Shown in pieces: positions 31,575-45,635 of a stretch of DNA of 64,000 nt. How positions within the stretch are numbered: the stretch's first letter is position 1; every line of letters begins with the position of its first letter. The stretch is from the human T2T-CHM13v2.0 reference genome, Homo sapiens, in the NCBI RefSeq assembly GCF_009914755.1, contig NC_060932.1; one strand, 5' to 3'. The notes under the pieces are model-generated. The model saw nothing but the letters and a program-made list of their open reading frames with translations, made no database searches and had not been told where the DNA came from. The translations under genes were made by a program, and so were the position numbers.

Positions 31575-31962
31575 TAATGGAACTTTATAAAGAGCTATGT
31601 GCTGAATTGTAGTAACCCAAGAAATACGGATTCATGGCTAAAAAAAACTGTTAAATATTATGTAATATAATCTCCTCACTTTGACTATAGCTACTCATTT
31701 TTTTTTTCTCTGAACCTAAGAAACATCCTCATATAATGAGATGAAAGATGACAATGTTTTATGGAGGAAAAGTCAGGAACTTAGTAAGACACTGAATGGG
31801 CTAAAGGGTACCTCAAAGGTAGAGAATTAAAGATAATGGCTACTTTTTCATTTCATTTAGAATCATCCCAGATCTTAAAATGTAGTAAAGGACACTTTAT
31901 TATTTCAATGCCCTCATGGGTCTTATAATTAACAGAATGTAAGTGCTAGGAAAAAGGTGTAG

Positions 31963-32035
31963 TAATTGCATAGCCAAATCACCTCATAATTTAAATAAGA
32001 ATGTTGAGGTCCAATGGTAAGATGATGTGAACTTG
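31963..32035 (+). repeat. Copy 1 of a 73-bp dispersed direct repeat (MIR3-like context)
   Basis: 66/73 identical, ungapped, to 33879-33951. Confidence 0.92.
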
Positions 32036-33878
32036 GCCTTTTCTTTTAACATGTGAGAATCGAGAGATTGTGAAAGACTAACGGAAATGAAGATAATAAT
32101 GAAATAAGAGAAGAAGAAATAATCAGTGAACAGAGGTTTCAAAAATTCTGGAGTGAATAAAATCCTGAACTCTGGTGAAGAGTTCAACATTAAGATTGGC
32201 AAGGCCACTCAATGGAGTGTGAAACAGAAAATGAAAAAAAGAAAGGACAGTTGCAGCTATATGAATATTTGTGGGAGTTTAGATTAATGTTGATGTTATT
32301 TTTAGGTGGCTTTTTAAAAGAAAAATACAAAATAAGGCTATTTGCTGAAAATAAATCAGGTGGCCAGAAGGTTATGTTTGAGAATAGAGAAATTGTTCTG
32401 AATTCTTGTCTACTGAGAACTGGAGAGAGTATTGACATAGAAGGATTAGTGGGAAGAGCTAAGAACCCAGTGGAGTCTGGCATCCACAAGACAATGGTAG
32501 CACTGATGTGTGCATTTGTTTAATTTTTCTCCAATAGCATTCAGCAGTTCAGGGTTTTTGCAGAGCTGGCAGAGAATTCGGATTTATTCAGGTGAGGTCC
32601 CCTCACACACAAAGTAGCAGGTCAGTGTAAAAGAATACTGCAGTGAAAATGTTCAGGATATTGACAGAGTAGGCATTGGAATCTCTGCTCATTAGAGAGA
32701 GAATGAGAAGTCAGCTCTAGAGGAGCACACCCTCTGCGGTGTCTGTGTGGGTCACCCTCCATGCCTTATGCTCAGGCAGGGCTCATTGCCTTGTCAATAA
32801 ATCCTCATTTTACTCTGTCACTTACATACCATTTATTCAGCTTTGTATTAGCTGATCGCAAGATACTCTTATGCCCTAAAGTTTTTTCTCATTTGATGCC
32901 TATGCATCCATATCTTTAAGCATAAAAACTGGGTATGTTTTAATGAATCTATAACTTCATGCTGATAGCCAGGGAGTAGAACTAGAAGGAAAAACTGCAA
33001 GTAGAACTCTCAATTTTACAGAAAAAGATGAAACCTTAGAAATTAGTTACTGTAAACTAGAAAATATATGATATTTACTTTTATTATTAAAATTGAATTT
33101 TTTGGTTTGTCTTTTTTATTGCCATTTTAAAAAACTTTCTTCATCCTTCCATTTTCTCAGATTTATATATAAAGCTAAATAAGATAGAAGGTTTAACTAA
33201 TAATACTGCTTGTTTTCTTCTGAGATGATATGATTTTTGTAAGAGAGGAGAAAAGGCCAAATCACCAAATAACTTGCATTACAATTCTTGGAAATAAGGA
33301 TTGTACCACTCCTTATTATTCAATAAGTGTATCAAGGTAAAAAATTAAAGAAGAAACAGTAAGAAGCTTTTCTTTTTAACCTCCACAATGTTTGTTGAAA
33401 CATTCTTTAAAGAAAGAGCACTTCATTCTCCATGTCCTTGCCTTCTCCTTTTCCTTCAGTTCTAATTTTATCCAAAAGCCTCATACTGCATCTTGGAGAG
33501 AAATATTTTGTCACCATAAAGCTTGGAATAAGGACAAGCTTAAAATACAGAATATACTTTCTAAAAGGACTTCTTAAAATACTACACATTAAAATAAATT
33601 TTATTTGAATAAATGACCAATTGCCAGTCCAAATGTTTATTTACATTATCTAGATTGTCTGGCAATTATCTAGATAGATATGCCAACACTTTTCACTACT
33701 TTGTCCCATCAAAAGGGTTATTGTTCTAATATCTATCATTTCACAGACCTTGAATTTTTAACATCCCGGACCTTCATATTAACAAGGAACTAAGAAAGTT
33801 TCTTGCTTTCTGATATAAATTCCAAGATAGAAGCTCATATTACATAGTTTTTAGATTGTGGCAATCCTGGAATAATTA

Positions 33879-33951
33879 TAATTGCATAGCCAAATCACTT
33901 CATAACTTAAAGAAGAATCTTGAGGTCCAATAGTAAGACGATTTGAACTTG
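33879..33951 (+). repeat. Copy 2 of a 73-bp dispersed direct repeat
   Basis: 66/73 identical, ungapped, to 31963-32035. Confidence 0.92.
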
Positions 33952-34895
33952 TTTTATGCTATTTAATAGACTTATTTTATCCAATGTCTGTGTAATGAGT
34001 GGCACACCTAGAATATAATTAGCTTTTTAAATGGGAGCCTTCTGTGAGCTACTTACTTACTTTGTCCTTTGAGAATATAAAATTTAAGCTGTATTTACCT
34101 AAACTAGGCAACTCTGTGACTCCACGAAGCTGTTCTCTGTCTAAATGAACACTGAGGAATCAGAATTGTACACATTTTATTGTGATAATTATATGCATAC
34201 AATTGTCTTGGGTCTATCCAAAGCTGCACCATCCACTTTTGTATCTCACCCCATTCCCTCTGGCCTATTCAAGAGCATCGCTTTCCATAAATTCTTTCCT
34301 TTTTCTATTATATCTTTAGTCCCCATGCCTTCATAGATTATTCCCATAAGTATATAAATATATTGTTATTTTTTCAATCAAAAAAGCTAAAAATTAATTT
34401 TCTGTAATTACCACCTTATTTCTCTGCTCCCTTAACTCAGCGGAGTCATGTACTTCCTGTATCTAAATCCTTCCCTCCTTTATTTCACTATGAATTCCTT
34501 CAAGTCCTATTTCTCCCACCTGGATCACTGAAAATTTTTAAGGTTACCACCAAGCCTTATGTTGCTAAAACAATAAACACTCATCTTAGTGAGACCTAGT
34601 GGATTAGCAATGAGTATATTTGTCACAACTGATCATTCCCATACCCTAGAAATATTTTATCACTTGACTTCCAGAAAAAACTTGTGTCCTGGTTTTCCTA
34701 CAATCTCACAAGTTACTCCTTCTTAGACTTTTTTTCTGTTATTGTTGTTTTTTTAGCATCTTGATCTTGAGATCTTGTAGTGTCTCAGTCATTAGAAATC
34801 TATTGTTTCATCTGGTTTCATGTCTTTAGAGATTATGCTAAGAATACAATTTCCTAGTCAACCAAGACTTCTCACCTGAAGTCTAGACGCATATA

Positions 34896-35580
34896 CAGTC
34901 ATCACTTTTCACTAAATAATGGGAATACTTTCTGAGAAATGTGTTGTTAGGCAATTTTGTCATGTGAACATAATAGAGGATACTTATACAAATTGAGATG
35001 GTAGAGCCTACTGTACACCTGGTCTATATGGTATAGCCTATTGCTCTTAGGCTACAAACCCATACAGCATGTTTCTGTCCTTGGCAATTGTAACAGCATG
35101 GTAAGCATTTGTGTATCTACACATACATAAACATACACATACATAACATAGGTAAAGTACAGCAAAAATACAGTATATAAGATCAATAACGGTATGCTTA
35201 TATTGGGAACTTACCACAAATGGAACTTGCAGGACTTGCCGTGGCTCTGGATAAGTGAGTGAGTGAGTGGTGACTGAATGTGAAGGCCTATGACTTTACT
35301 TACTATACATTGTTGTAGACTTTATAAACACTGGACAGCCAGGCTAGACTAAGTTTATAAAACATATTTTTCTTTCTTCAATAATAAACCTTAGCCTGCT
35401 GTAACTTTTTTACTTTATAAACTTAATTTTTTTAACTTTTTGACTCTGTAAGAACAAAGCTTAACACACAGACACATTATAAAACTGTACAAAATATTTT
35501 TTAATATCTTTACTATACTATATGTTTTATTTTATTTTTAATTTTTTTCTTTACTACTTAAGCATTTTGTTAAAAATTAA

Positions 35581-35630
<50 letters not shown>

Positions 35631-36128
35631 CCTAGGCCTACATAGGTTCAGGATCATCAATGTCACTGTCTTCTGCCTCCACATCTTGTCCCCCTGGAAG
35701 GTCTTCAGGGACAATAACAGGCATGGAGCTGTCATCTCCTGTGATAATGATGCCTTCATCTGGATACTTCCTGAAGGACCTAACTGGGGCCATTTTTTAG
35801 TTAACTATTTTTTGTATATGTAGAAGTAATAATGATAGATAATGATAAAAATTGTAGTATAGTAAATATATAAACCAGTAGCATAGTCATTTATTATCAT
35901 TATCCAGTATTATGTACTGGATAACTGTGTGTGCAGACTTCTATAGACTGGCAACACAGTCTATAAAATGGATTTGTTGACATTCACTTGTGTAATGCAT
36001 TGCTTGACACTGTGATGGCTACCATGTCACCAGGCGAATGGAAGTGTTCAACTCCTTTATAATCTTACAGAACTGCTTTCATATATGGTGTTTCTTTAAC
36101 CGAACCATCATTGTGGGATGCATGACTG
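34896..36128 (+). mobile_element. Tigger3b (TcMar-Tigger) non-autonomous DNA transposon, full length
   Basis: Termini cagtcat...atgactg with TA on both sides. ttctgagaaatgtgttgttaggcaatttt matches the Tigger3 5' end. Length about 1.23 kb. Confidence 0.9.
35582..35626. repeat. (AC)22 microsatellite inside Tigger3b
   Basis: Seen directly. Confidence 0.97.
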
Positions 36129-37982
36129 TACATGTAGTTCAACGTAGATCCTCAGAGGTCTAAAAAGAATATGAAGTTAAGATATCCAAACCTAATACTT
36201 GATTTTTCCTCTCAAACTTTTCTACTTTTCTTTAACGGTGCCCAGTTTCACAGTTGCTGAAGTCAAAATTTTTCTTCTCTTTTTCTCCCTCTACATTTAC
36301 ATCATTAAGAGTGTAGCAGCTCATTGTCTCACTGCCTCTCTGCTGCAATCTCCTCTGAGCAGCCTGGGTGAGTACGGTCTTCTGCCTGGAAGCAGAGTGT
36401 TTCCTCATCTGTCATTATTCACTCTCCTCCAGTCTATTCTTGACACAACAGCCACAGTGATCTTGTTATAATAAAGTCAATTCAAGTCTGATTAGTATCT
36501 CTCAGTGACTTACATCTCACTCTCCATGGCCTATGATGAGTCTGACCATTCGTCCCTATTCTTTTTGAACATTCTCTAGGCCTACATGGGCCTCTTTATA
36601 CAGTGCTTTGCACCTGCGATTCCATGTGCCAGAACACTCTTCCCCCAATGTCTGCATGGCTCTCCCCATTTCTTCCTGGGGCTTAGCTCTGATGTCACCT
36701 TCACTGCCAGGGCTTTTTGCCCGTTTCCTGAATCCAGGGCTCGGCTCTCCCACCGAGCCAGTGCTTCCTGTTTCCACCTTCTGCTTTATTTTCCTCTGTG
36801 GTACTTGATATTGGCTGGTATAATAATTACACTGAATATTTCACCTAACTTCATTTGCCTCTGTCCACTAGAATGGAACCTCTTTTTAGGAACTTGAATG
36901 ATTTTTTGTCCCCTCTATTTTGTTTCCTGTTGTATTCCCAGGGCCTCGATCAGTTCCTGGCTTAATACATATTGTTGAATTGAATAATTGTATCTGGTAT
37001 TGACTTGCAATCCTTCTTCACTACAAGAGAAATAAATCATTAGTTTGGTAAGGCCAAGAGAAAGTCTGTTCATTCATTTAACTTTTGTTTTTCATTTAGT
37101 GCTGACCATGATGACTGGCACCGTGCCACACTGGTCCAGATGTCATCTTTTCATACTGCAAGTTCCTGCCATATGATCTGCTTCTGTTTTTCCTGCTTGT
37201 CATTGTGTTGAAATGATTGATTGCTTACTTCCGGGCTTTTAATATCCATAGCAAAGACATTTCCATCTCTTTCTGACTGACATTATTCCAGTTCAGATTT
37301 TAAGCAGAAGTATCATCTAGTATATTTCTAAAAATCTATCAAGCTCTATTCCTCCGAGTTTTAAAATCACAGAATGCTAGAAGTGCCTGTGTGTATTTTG
37401 CAAACTGCTGCTCCTCCGAGTTGTTCTGGAATGGGTCTTATTTTTTTATGTTGTGCTTTAGTTATGTTTTTCTCCTTCTCTACTCCCCTTTCAGATTCTT
37501 TGTACAATGTAAAGGGTGTTTAAAGACTTACATTTTTGTGAAAAGAATTAAACTTCAGTGCATAACCTGACTTAAGAAAAGCTTGCCTGTAGTGCAAATA
37601 TCACAGACTCTGTGCTACTTCTCATAAGCAATATAAAATAGTCTCCTTGGCTGCAATAATTGAAGCTTTTACGCTCTCGTGCCCCTAAATGTCACATAAA
37701 TGTATAAGAAATGTATCTGTGCTTTACAAATATAGTCAAAAATAACTGCTCCCTGCTAGTTACTTAATGTACTTCCTTTTATTCTTGCTAGAGTCCTATA
37801 GATCTGGACAAGAGGTTATCCTTCCTGTCAGTAGCAGACAAATTTGTTTATTTTAGGAGAACAAGTGAAACTGTTTCACCATATCTGAACTCTTGGCCCT
37901 CTGAAAACATCAGAGCACATTTGCCAAGAGATAGAGTTGTCAAAGCCTTTCTTTTGCCTTCAATTTTCTTTCCAGAAACTTA

Positions 37983-38524
37983 TGTTAAAGATAAACAAAG
38001 CAGGACAATAGTTGACATGGTAAGGACAGATTTTAATCAGTCATACGCCACTGCATTAGGGAAAAGAGTCCAGGGTGAGCTGAGCTCAACTGTGACTTGT
38101 GCAGAAATGACTGTGTGTTACACAAGAAGAACAAGTGAGTGGGGAGTGGGTGTGCAGGGGCTTAGTATTCAGAGAAATGGAAAATTACAGAAAGTAGAAA
38201 TGAGGGTTCGGTCTGTGTGAAACCTATCTGGGTTTTTTAATTGGTGCTTATTGAAGTTGGATTCCCACCCTCCCACAGAGACTGAGAGATGAGGATCCTG
38301 TCTTCAGGTGTCGGCTGAAACAAACAGTAAACTCTTTGGGCAGCCTTGAGTTTTCTCAGGACAGCACTTTTAGGGGGCTTATGGTGAGCCTAGGAAGGTG
38401 GCCTTGAACTGCTAGAAACTATATTAGTGTTTACTGAAGTCTTTATAGGACAAGAGTGAGGCCTTGTCAAAAGAGGGCCCAGAGGAGCCTGGCTAGAGTT
38501 CAGTCAAGGAGAGAACACTCATCA
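37983..38524 (-). mobile_element. MER67/MER31-like ERV1 solo LTR
   Basis: Reverse complement starts tgatgagtgttctctccttgactgaactctagccaggctcctctg; TG...CA termini. Confidence 0.75.
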
Positions 38525-39704
38525 TCTATTGTCTTACATACCTCTGGCTCATTGGAACTGTGGAGGCACCAACAACTTTCAGAGTTTCGTGGATTTTCAA
38601 CTCCTCTGTATACATCAGACTGTATATTGTTGTGAAATTAAAGCATTAAGTTATCTTGCAGTTCTAAACTTCTGTGAATTGGTTACTGCTTGGTGAAGTG
38701 CACCAATAACTTCCCTCTGAGAATCAGGAAGTAGCACTCTGCTAAAGTGTGCCATGTCATACCCAGAGACCTCATAGCTTGTTCAAGGTTAAACAGCGAG
38801 TTTGCAGCAAAACTTATGGTTTGTAGAGTAATTCCACAAATATCAGTGTATTTGATTTATACAACCTTCTTAGGAAGAAGACAGGGAACTGAGCTATGTT
38901 TTGTAGATAAGAACAATAAGCTTAGAGAAAGAAAGTGCTTGTGGAAGGTGACCCAGACAGTAAAGCTGACGAATCAGGCTGGGAAGGAGGTTTTGGGGCT
39001 TGTAGACTACCGCTGTTTCTGAGCGGCACTTCACCTAATCAGGTTTGTCATGCACTTAGCACCACCAACACGAGACATATTTCATAATATTTAAAAGTCT
39101 TATTACTGAATCTCTAGAAACTATGAAGAAACAAAGGTAAATTGAAATGATGAGAATAAGATGTTGCAGGAAGGTAATATATCACAAAGTGGGTATTTTT
39201 TTAAAAGGCCCAACTCCAAATGTTTTCCTCCTTCTTCAGATACAGGACCTCGTGCTTTTGTTTAGCCATCGGCATAGTCCACTGTATTTTTTTCTTTCTG
39301 ATTTTCCTTAATCCATGTTGTCTTCCCAAGTACCTTGTGATCTTCTAGAAGATAAGAGTGGTATCTCTTATTCATATGTATGTAGAAAAAAAGATTTCAA
39401 AAACTCAATATTGCCTGTTTTTCTGTGAGTTGGTTTATATATTTTCAGTAATAAAAGTGCAATATTTTATAATATGAACAGTCATTTAAGGTCAACAATA
39501 AAAACAATAAGCACAATTTTAATATTTTATTACTTTTTTCTTTATTTTAGAAAGAAATATAAAACTATATTGGGTGGATTACTTGATTTTTCTGTTTGTT
39601 TCCAGTGAGTTTTGCTCAGGTTTCAATTCTTAAATTTATTTAAGAGATTACACATAACACCTCCTCCAAATCAGGTTGATATGAATGTTGCATAATAACA
39701 GAAT

Positions 39705-40275
39705 AAAAGTTACCCTATGATGATATGACCCAGCAATTTTGTTACAAATATATACCCAAGAAAAATAAAAACATATGCCCATACAAAAACGTGGAAAAAT
39801 GTGAATAGCAACAGAATTTGTAATAGCCAAAAAACAGAACAAACAAATGTCCATCCACAGATACAGGGATAAACAAACAGTGGTATTTCCATACAGTGGA
39901 ATATTATACAGCTGTGAGAAGGAAAAGGTACTGATACATGCTACAACATAGAAATGAACTCTGACAACATTATGCTAAGTGAAAGAAGCAAGTCACAAAG
40001 TCCCACATATTATATGATTCCACTTATATGAAGTGTGAAGAATAGGCAAATCTATAGAGACAGAATGTAGATTAGTGGTTGTGAGGAGCTTAAGAGATAA
40101 TAGACAGTCATATCTACTGGGCACAAGCATTTCTTTTGGGGTGATAAAAATGTTCTGGAATTAGATTGTGGCAATCATTGTACAACTTATGACTGTATTA
40201 AAAACCACTGAGTTGTACACTTAAAAGGTGAAGCTGATGATATAAAAATTGTCTCACTATAACTGTTATAAAAAT
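39705..40275 (+). mobile_element. L1M (MB/ME-like) 3' fragment
   Basis: atatgacccagcaatt, cattatgctaagtgaaagaagc, aataggcaaatctatagagacagaa. Confidence 0.85.
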
Positions 40276-41639
40276 ATAATGGCATTTTATATTTGTTCAA
40301 AGTAAAGGGCAAGGAAGATATTTATTCTTATCACTTAAAATAAAAATGAAATTTGTAACTGTCAGTGCTTTTTTTGCCAAACAATTACAGTGGTCTTATG
40401 TGAAAAACAGATGCTTTAGAAAAATCTTCACGGAAACTGGCAACAATGATCACTTTTAATTAAATTCTTGAACTGAAAACATTCTACTTTATTTAATTTA
40501 AAAGATAAATTTAAATTTAAGAATAGAAGGCAATGCATTTTAAATGTTGATGTAATTATGAAATTTTTTGTCTTACTTTAATTAAAAAGCAAGATTACAG
40601 TGCGAAATTTACTTTTTCCCTGAAGAACCTTTTAGAAGGAAACTCTATTTAGAAGATAGACATTTTTTCTGTTGTAATTACTTGGTATTTACTTTTTGTT
40701 CTCTCAAGAGGATCTGCTCTCGTATATATTAAAATAATGTGTTAATGCCTCTAGGGGGAATAAAAATGATTTGGTCATTTTCTTTCTGGAAAACACCCAA
40801 ATGAAAACTGTTTGCTCACTTGGCATGATCAGTTAGAATTAAGTAACTTCCAGGTGTCTCTCTCCTGTTTTCTGGAGTCTGTTACTGGCCCAAAACAATC
40901 TGGGGGAAGTGAATTTCATTGTAGCTGACCTAGGTTTATTATTCTAGTTAAAAGAATTTGCCAATGATCCAAAGTTTTGTTAGGGCTTTTACTCCTGTTT
41001 TGATCGTCAGGACTTGCAAAGGGTGCAGAGTATGGCAGTATGAGTAGCATGTATATACGGGGATCAGGAAAAGCTAATACCCTGAGGCCATCATCTAGTG
41101 TCCTTGTGCCTGAGTTATATGAACCTACCATTAATGATTTTTGTAAGGAGTCAGTATGAAAACGTACACAAACCTTTAGCATAACTACCTCACATAGTTG
41201 TAATAATGAAAATAAAACTACTTAAATTCCATCCTCTCTTCCGGCCCAGGGATGTTTAACATACATTATTCCAACTCACTTCACATAAATTGAGGATCAC
41301 TGAGTTTTAAAATATGTTTATTCCTAGTTAATTTGGAAAACATGATCACTTTAAGCTTTTATAACAAAAGCTGGTGGTTTCCCAAATCTAAGTAGGAGAG
41401 AGAGGACAATGGTAAGTCCTAGTTGCTGGGAATTAAATATTTTCCAGAATCTAGAGGATCCTCACTTACTGCAACTCTGCACCCAGCGTTGTGCTTGCTC
41501 ACTCCAAACCTCATTCTCCTCTTAGTAACTCCCCAACACGTCCTTTGCCATTTTACTTTTGGTAAGGCTGACTCCATCTTCTCATCTTTTTCTCCATAGA
41601 AAAAGAAAAATTGCTTCAGTAGCACTCCACCCACTGACA

Positions 41640-42030
41640 ATATTTGCTATTGTAGTGATTGGCACGTGACCCAATGTGGTCCAACAATTTCTATGCGGAG
41701 ATTTCTGGAGCCTTTAGAGAAAGAAGTAAACTTCCTTTGTCTCCTGAAATAACTTCCAGAAGAAATCTTCTACCCTTTGAGAGAGAAGAAGCACCAGGTA
41801 GCCCTATGGCTACTTAGAACTAAAAGGGCAACCAGCATTAGAATGAACCCGACACACAAACCAAACCAAAAGCACACAAACCAAAGCAGAGAAAATGAAC
41901 AAAGTTGGTGTTTGTAAGATTATTGCACTGCTGAATTAAACTGCGCATGAAACCTCCCTGACTGTTGATTTCCATTAGTTAAACCAATAAATGGCCTTTT
42001 CCGCGAGCCAGATACATTTTATTTTTGTTG
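41640..42030. mobile_element. Old MLT1-like MaLR LTR remnant
   Basis: ggcacgtgacccaatgtggtccaa and aaccaataaat motifs; highly diverged. Confidence 0.45.
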
Positions 42031-42794
42031 TTTCTATAAATATAATAAAATACCAGAAAAAGTCATGTATGTTTTTGTATTATTTCTGTTACTAATATTT
42101 ATAAAAAGATACAGACTAATAAAGATCTAAAATCTATTTCTTGATACTGTAAATGATAATTTACATAAATTTACATAAAAGCATACCTAAAGAAGAAAAA
42201 TATACATTCTAAACTAGAAAACAAGGAAAACAGAGCATAACAGACATATCATCAAGAGTGTTATACAAATAAAAACTATTATTTTATTTTTCAAAATGCA
42301 GGAATTTTTTAAGGTAATAAATATAAATTATCTTTACAGAAAGATTATTTACCTTTAATTGAACATATACATCTTAAATAAACTCAAAAATTTCCTTTTA
42401 TGTTTCTCATATTGTAAAAAGGAACAGTGGAGATTATTTCAATACAATGACATAGTCTACAGGTATTACTGCAAAAAAAAAAATAATTGATCATTTAGTT
42501 GCGTATTTCAATATGGTATATATTTGTTAAATAGAATTTAAATAGAATTTTATTGAAAATAAACTAAAAATATGCAATAAGGGTTACTATATACATACAA
42601 ATACATAATTACATTTACCTTATTGCATTATTTTGAAGTACAATGAAAATGTTGATTTACATATACAGATCCTTAGTTCAGGTAGTGTAGGATGAATAGT
42701 TGAAATTCAGATATAAAACCCTCCATGTGATAGAATTAGATTTGCTGATGTGAATATTGGCTATTTTGTGACTGTAAAAGGTCCCCTAGGCTAT

Positions 42795-44450
42795 ACTATT
42801 TTTTTTCAGTATTTTTCTCTCTACTGTTTCCAATGGGTCAGTTCTGTGGACCTGTCATCTAGCTCACCGTCTCTGTCATCTCAGCTCCAAAACTGAGCCC
42901 ATGTAGCTTGCTGTATTTATTTCTGTTACTTTACTTTTCATTTCCATTACTTGCACTTTTTTTTTTTTTTTTTTTTTTTTTTTTGAGATGGAGTCTCGCT
43001 CTGTTGCCAAGCTGGAGTGCAGTGGCCATCTGGGCTCACTGCAACCTCCGACTCCTGGGTTCAAGCGTTTCTCCTGCCTCAGCCTCCAAAGTAGCTGGGA
43101 TTACAGGTGCATGCCACCACGCCCAGCTAATTTTTGTATTTTCAGTAATGACCGGGTTTCATCGTGTTGGCCAGGATGGTCTCAATCTCCTGACCTTGTG
43201 ATCCACTGGCCTCAGCCTCCCAAAGTGCTGGGATTACAGGCGTGAGCCACCGTGCCCGGCCTAGTAGCACTTTTTGATAACTTCTATTCCTTTGTTAAAA
43301 TTTTCTATATTTTCATTTGTTTCCAGAGAATTTGAAATTGCTGTTGAAACTTTTTTTTATGATGACTGCTTTAAAATTCTTGTCAGATAATTGTAATTTG
43401 TGATTTGTTTAATTGTTGGTGTTCTGTGATTGTCTTTTATCTTTCAAGTTGTGATCTTCCTAGTTCTCAGTATAACACATACTTTTTAATTGTGTTCTGC
43501 CTTTTGGCTTATTATGTTTCAAGGCTGGGTACTATTTAAGATTTTTTTTAAAAGAGGGCATTTACCTTGTTTGGATTTAGCACATAGGTCCTGGCCTAGT
43601 TTTAGAGACTGATTGTCTGGCTCTATTAGCTGTCTCACTTTTGAGCCTGTGAGGTGCTATTTATTCTGAATGGTTTATCTTGTGCCAGTGGGGCTTCCTC
43701 TGGTCCCTACTGATGCTGCTTTGGGTGGGCAGACGAAACTATGCAGGCCAGGTTGCTGGTGCCACTAATTAGGAAAGGGATCCTTTCTCACAAGGTGACT
43801 AAGAACATTTCCAGCCTCGTGCTTGTCAAGCTACGTCTGCCAGTTGAAAAAGTGGAATGATGAGGAGAACCTCTCAGGCTGCTCATGGGCTCAAGGTCAC
43901 CTTTGCAGGTGTTTCCCACAGTGTGATATCCCTGCCTAGGGTAGGGGAGTCTTAGGCCCTAGGGGACTAAGTGGCTTCCCAGGTTGAGCATTTTGTTTGT
44001 AGCAGTTGCCCCTGCTGCTGTCTCTGGTAAATGGAATCACTCAGTGGGAGGAGGAGTCCCAGGACAGGGAAGGAGAGCACCACTTATTGCCACAGGGCTT
44101 CTGATCAGTCCCCTCTACTGGTTTGCCTCAACTTGCTTGGTATGGTGGGACTCTATTTCCACACACATGTGGTATGAGACTAGCTGATCTTCCCTCTTTG
44201 AGGCTGCGGGTCAGGAAATGTTAGGCTTGGATGTCCTTCCACTGTTGCATGGGATAATATGACATCCTACTTCTGGGCTGCTCCTCCAGTTCTGGCCCCT
44301 ACCTGGCCTGCTTTCTCTTTGAACATTTCAGAACTCTCCTTGGGTCGTCTTTCATTTTTCTCCAACATGTCTATAGTTGAGCTTGTGGGGAGGAGGAGGG
44401 AGAGATAGTTTTCACCATATTGTCTGGACTGGAAATCTCTTTCATTTTAA
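42795..44450 (-). mobile_element. Old L1M 5'/ORF1 region, split by an Alu
   Basis: ctgctttaaaattcttgtcagataatt and flanking antisense old-L1 5'-region motifs; boundaries approximate. Confidence 0.6.
42957..43261 (-). mobile_element. AluSc-like SINE
   Basis: Antisense Alu with ccaggatggtctcaatctcctgaccttgtgatcc; degenerate TSD tacttgcactttt/tagtagcactttt. Confidence 0.96.
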
Positions 44451-44760
44451 AACGTAGGCATTTTTCTTACCCTTCAGTGATATTTCATTAACTGGAGGGG
44501 AAAATAAAGATTAGCAAGATTTAGGGATTCAATGTGCTGAGAGTTGATTAGACAAATTTTAAAGGTCAGAAAGGTAAAAACCATATAATGTAGTTGTATG
44601 CGTTGGTTTCAGATATGCTACATGGCAGGTCATGAGTGATTCCTGAATGATAAAAGATTCCATAGGATTTCAGAGAAGAGTCACAGTGAGCTAAGAGGGT
44701 GGGGAGATTTCTTTGAAGAGAGTTGCAGCTTTCTTGGGAATGAATTTAGAGGAAAGAGAA

Positions 44761-45123
44761 TGTGTTAGTCAATTTTCACACCGCTATAAAGAACTACTTG
44801 AGATTGGGTAATTTATTTAAAAAAAAGGTTTAATTGACTCACAATTCCTCATGGCTAGAGAGACCTCAGGAAACTTACAATCATGGTGGGAGGCAAAGGA
44901 GAAGTAAGCACCTACTTCACAAGGTGGCAGGAGAGAGAGATAGCAAAGGGGGAACTGCAACACACTTTTAAAACCATCAGATTTTGAACTCACTATCATG
45001 AGAGCGGCATGGGGGATACTGCCCCCATGATCCAATCACCCCCTCACCGGGTCCCTCCCTCAACACATGGTAATTACAATTCAAGATGAGATTTGAGTGG
45101 GGACACAGAGCCAAATCATATCA
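44761..45123 (-). mobile_element. THE1D/MST-type MaLR solo LTR
   Basis: Reverse complement starts tgatatgatttggctctgtgtccccactcaaatctcatc. 5-bp TSD gagaa at 44756-44760 and 45124-45128. Confidence 0.93.
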
Positions 45124-45189
45124 GAGAATTTAAAAGAATTTATGGAAAAAAACCCACATGTTTCTATGTAGGAAGCAATACTTAGTTAT

Positions 45190-45410
45190 TAAGAGCTCTA
45201 GAGTGACAAATTTTGGACAGGAATATTCACTCTTTCCGGTAGCTGACATCACAAACATTATCAGACCCTCTGTACTGCACTTTTCTTGTATGAAAATGAG
45301 CCAGTATTAGTACCTGCCTCAAAGGGCTGTTTCCAGGACTAAATGAGCTAATATGTAAACATTTCTTAGTGCAGTGTCTGGATAAGCACCTGATTATTGT
45401 TGTTCTATTA
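45190..45410 (+). mobile_element. MIR remnant
   Basis: gtacctgcctcaaagggctgtt...ggactaaatgagctaatatgtaaa. Confidence 0.6.
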
Positions 45411-45527
45411 TTAAACACATCCTGTGGAAATTATTGCTCTTCTTAGAAATTGGGTCTAGTCTTCCTTATTATGTAAAGTTTATTACTGAGATTTTTTTAA
45501 TCATTAGGAATGTGATATGTGGGCACA

Positions 45528-45635
45528 TGGATGGATAGATGGATGGATGGATCAATGGACAAGTGGATGAATGAATGAACGGATGATAGATGTATGATGG
45601 ATAGACAAATGGATGGATAGGAAACTGGGTGGATA
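45528..45635. repeat. Degenerate (GGAT)n tract
   Basis: Seen directly. Confidence 0.85.

Larger units (their letters stand above)
34230..36985 (+). mobile_element. L2 (L2a-like) remnant split by Tigger3b
   Basis: gtcctggttttcctac, cacaacagccacagtgatctt, and the 3' tail cagttcctggc...tattgttgaattgaat. Confidence 0.7.
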
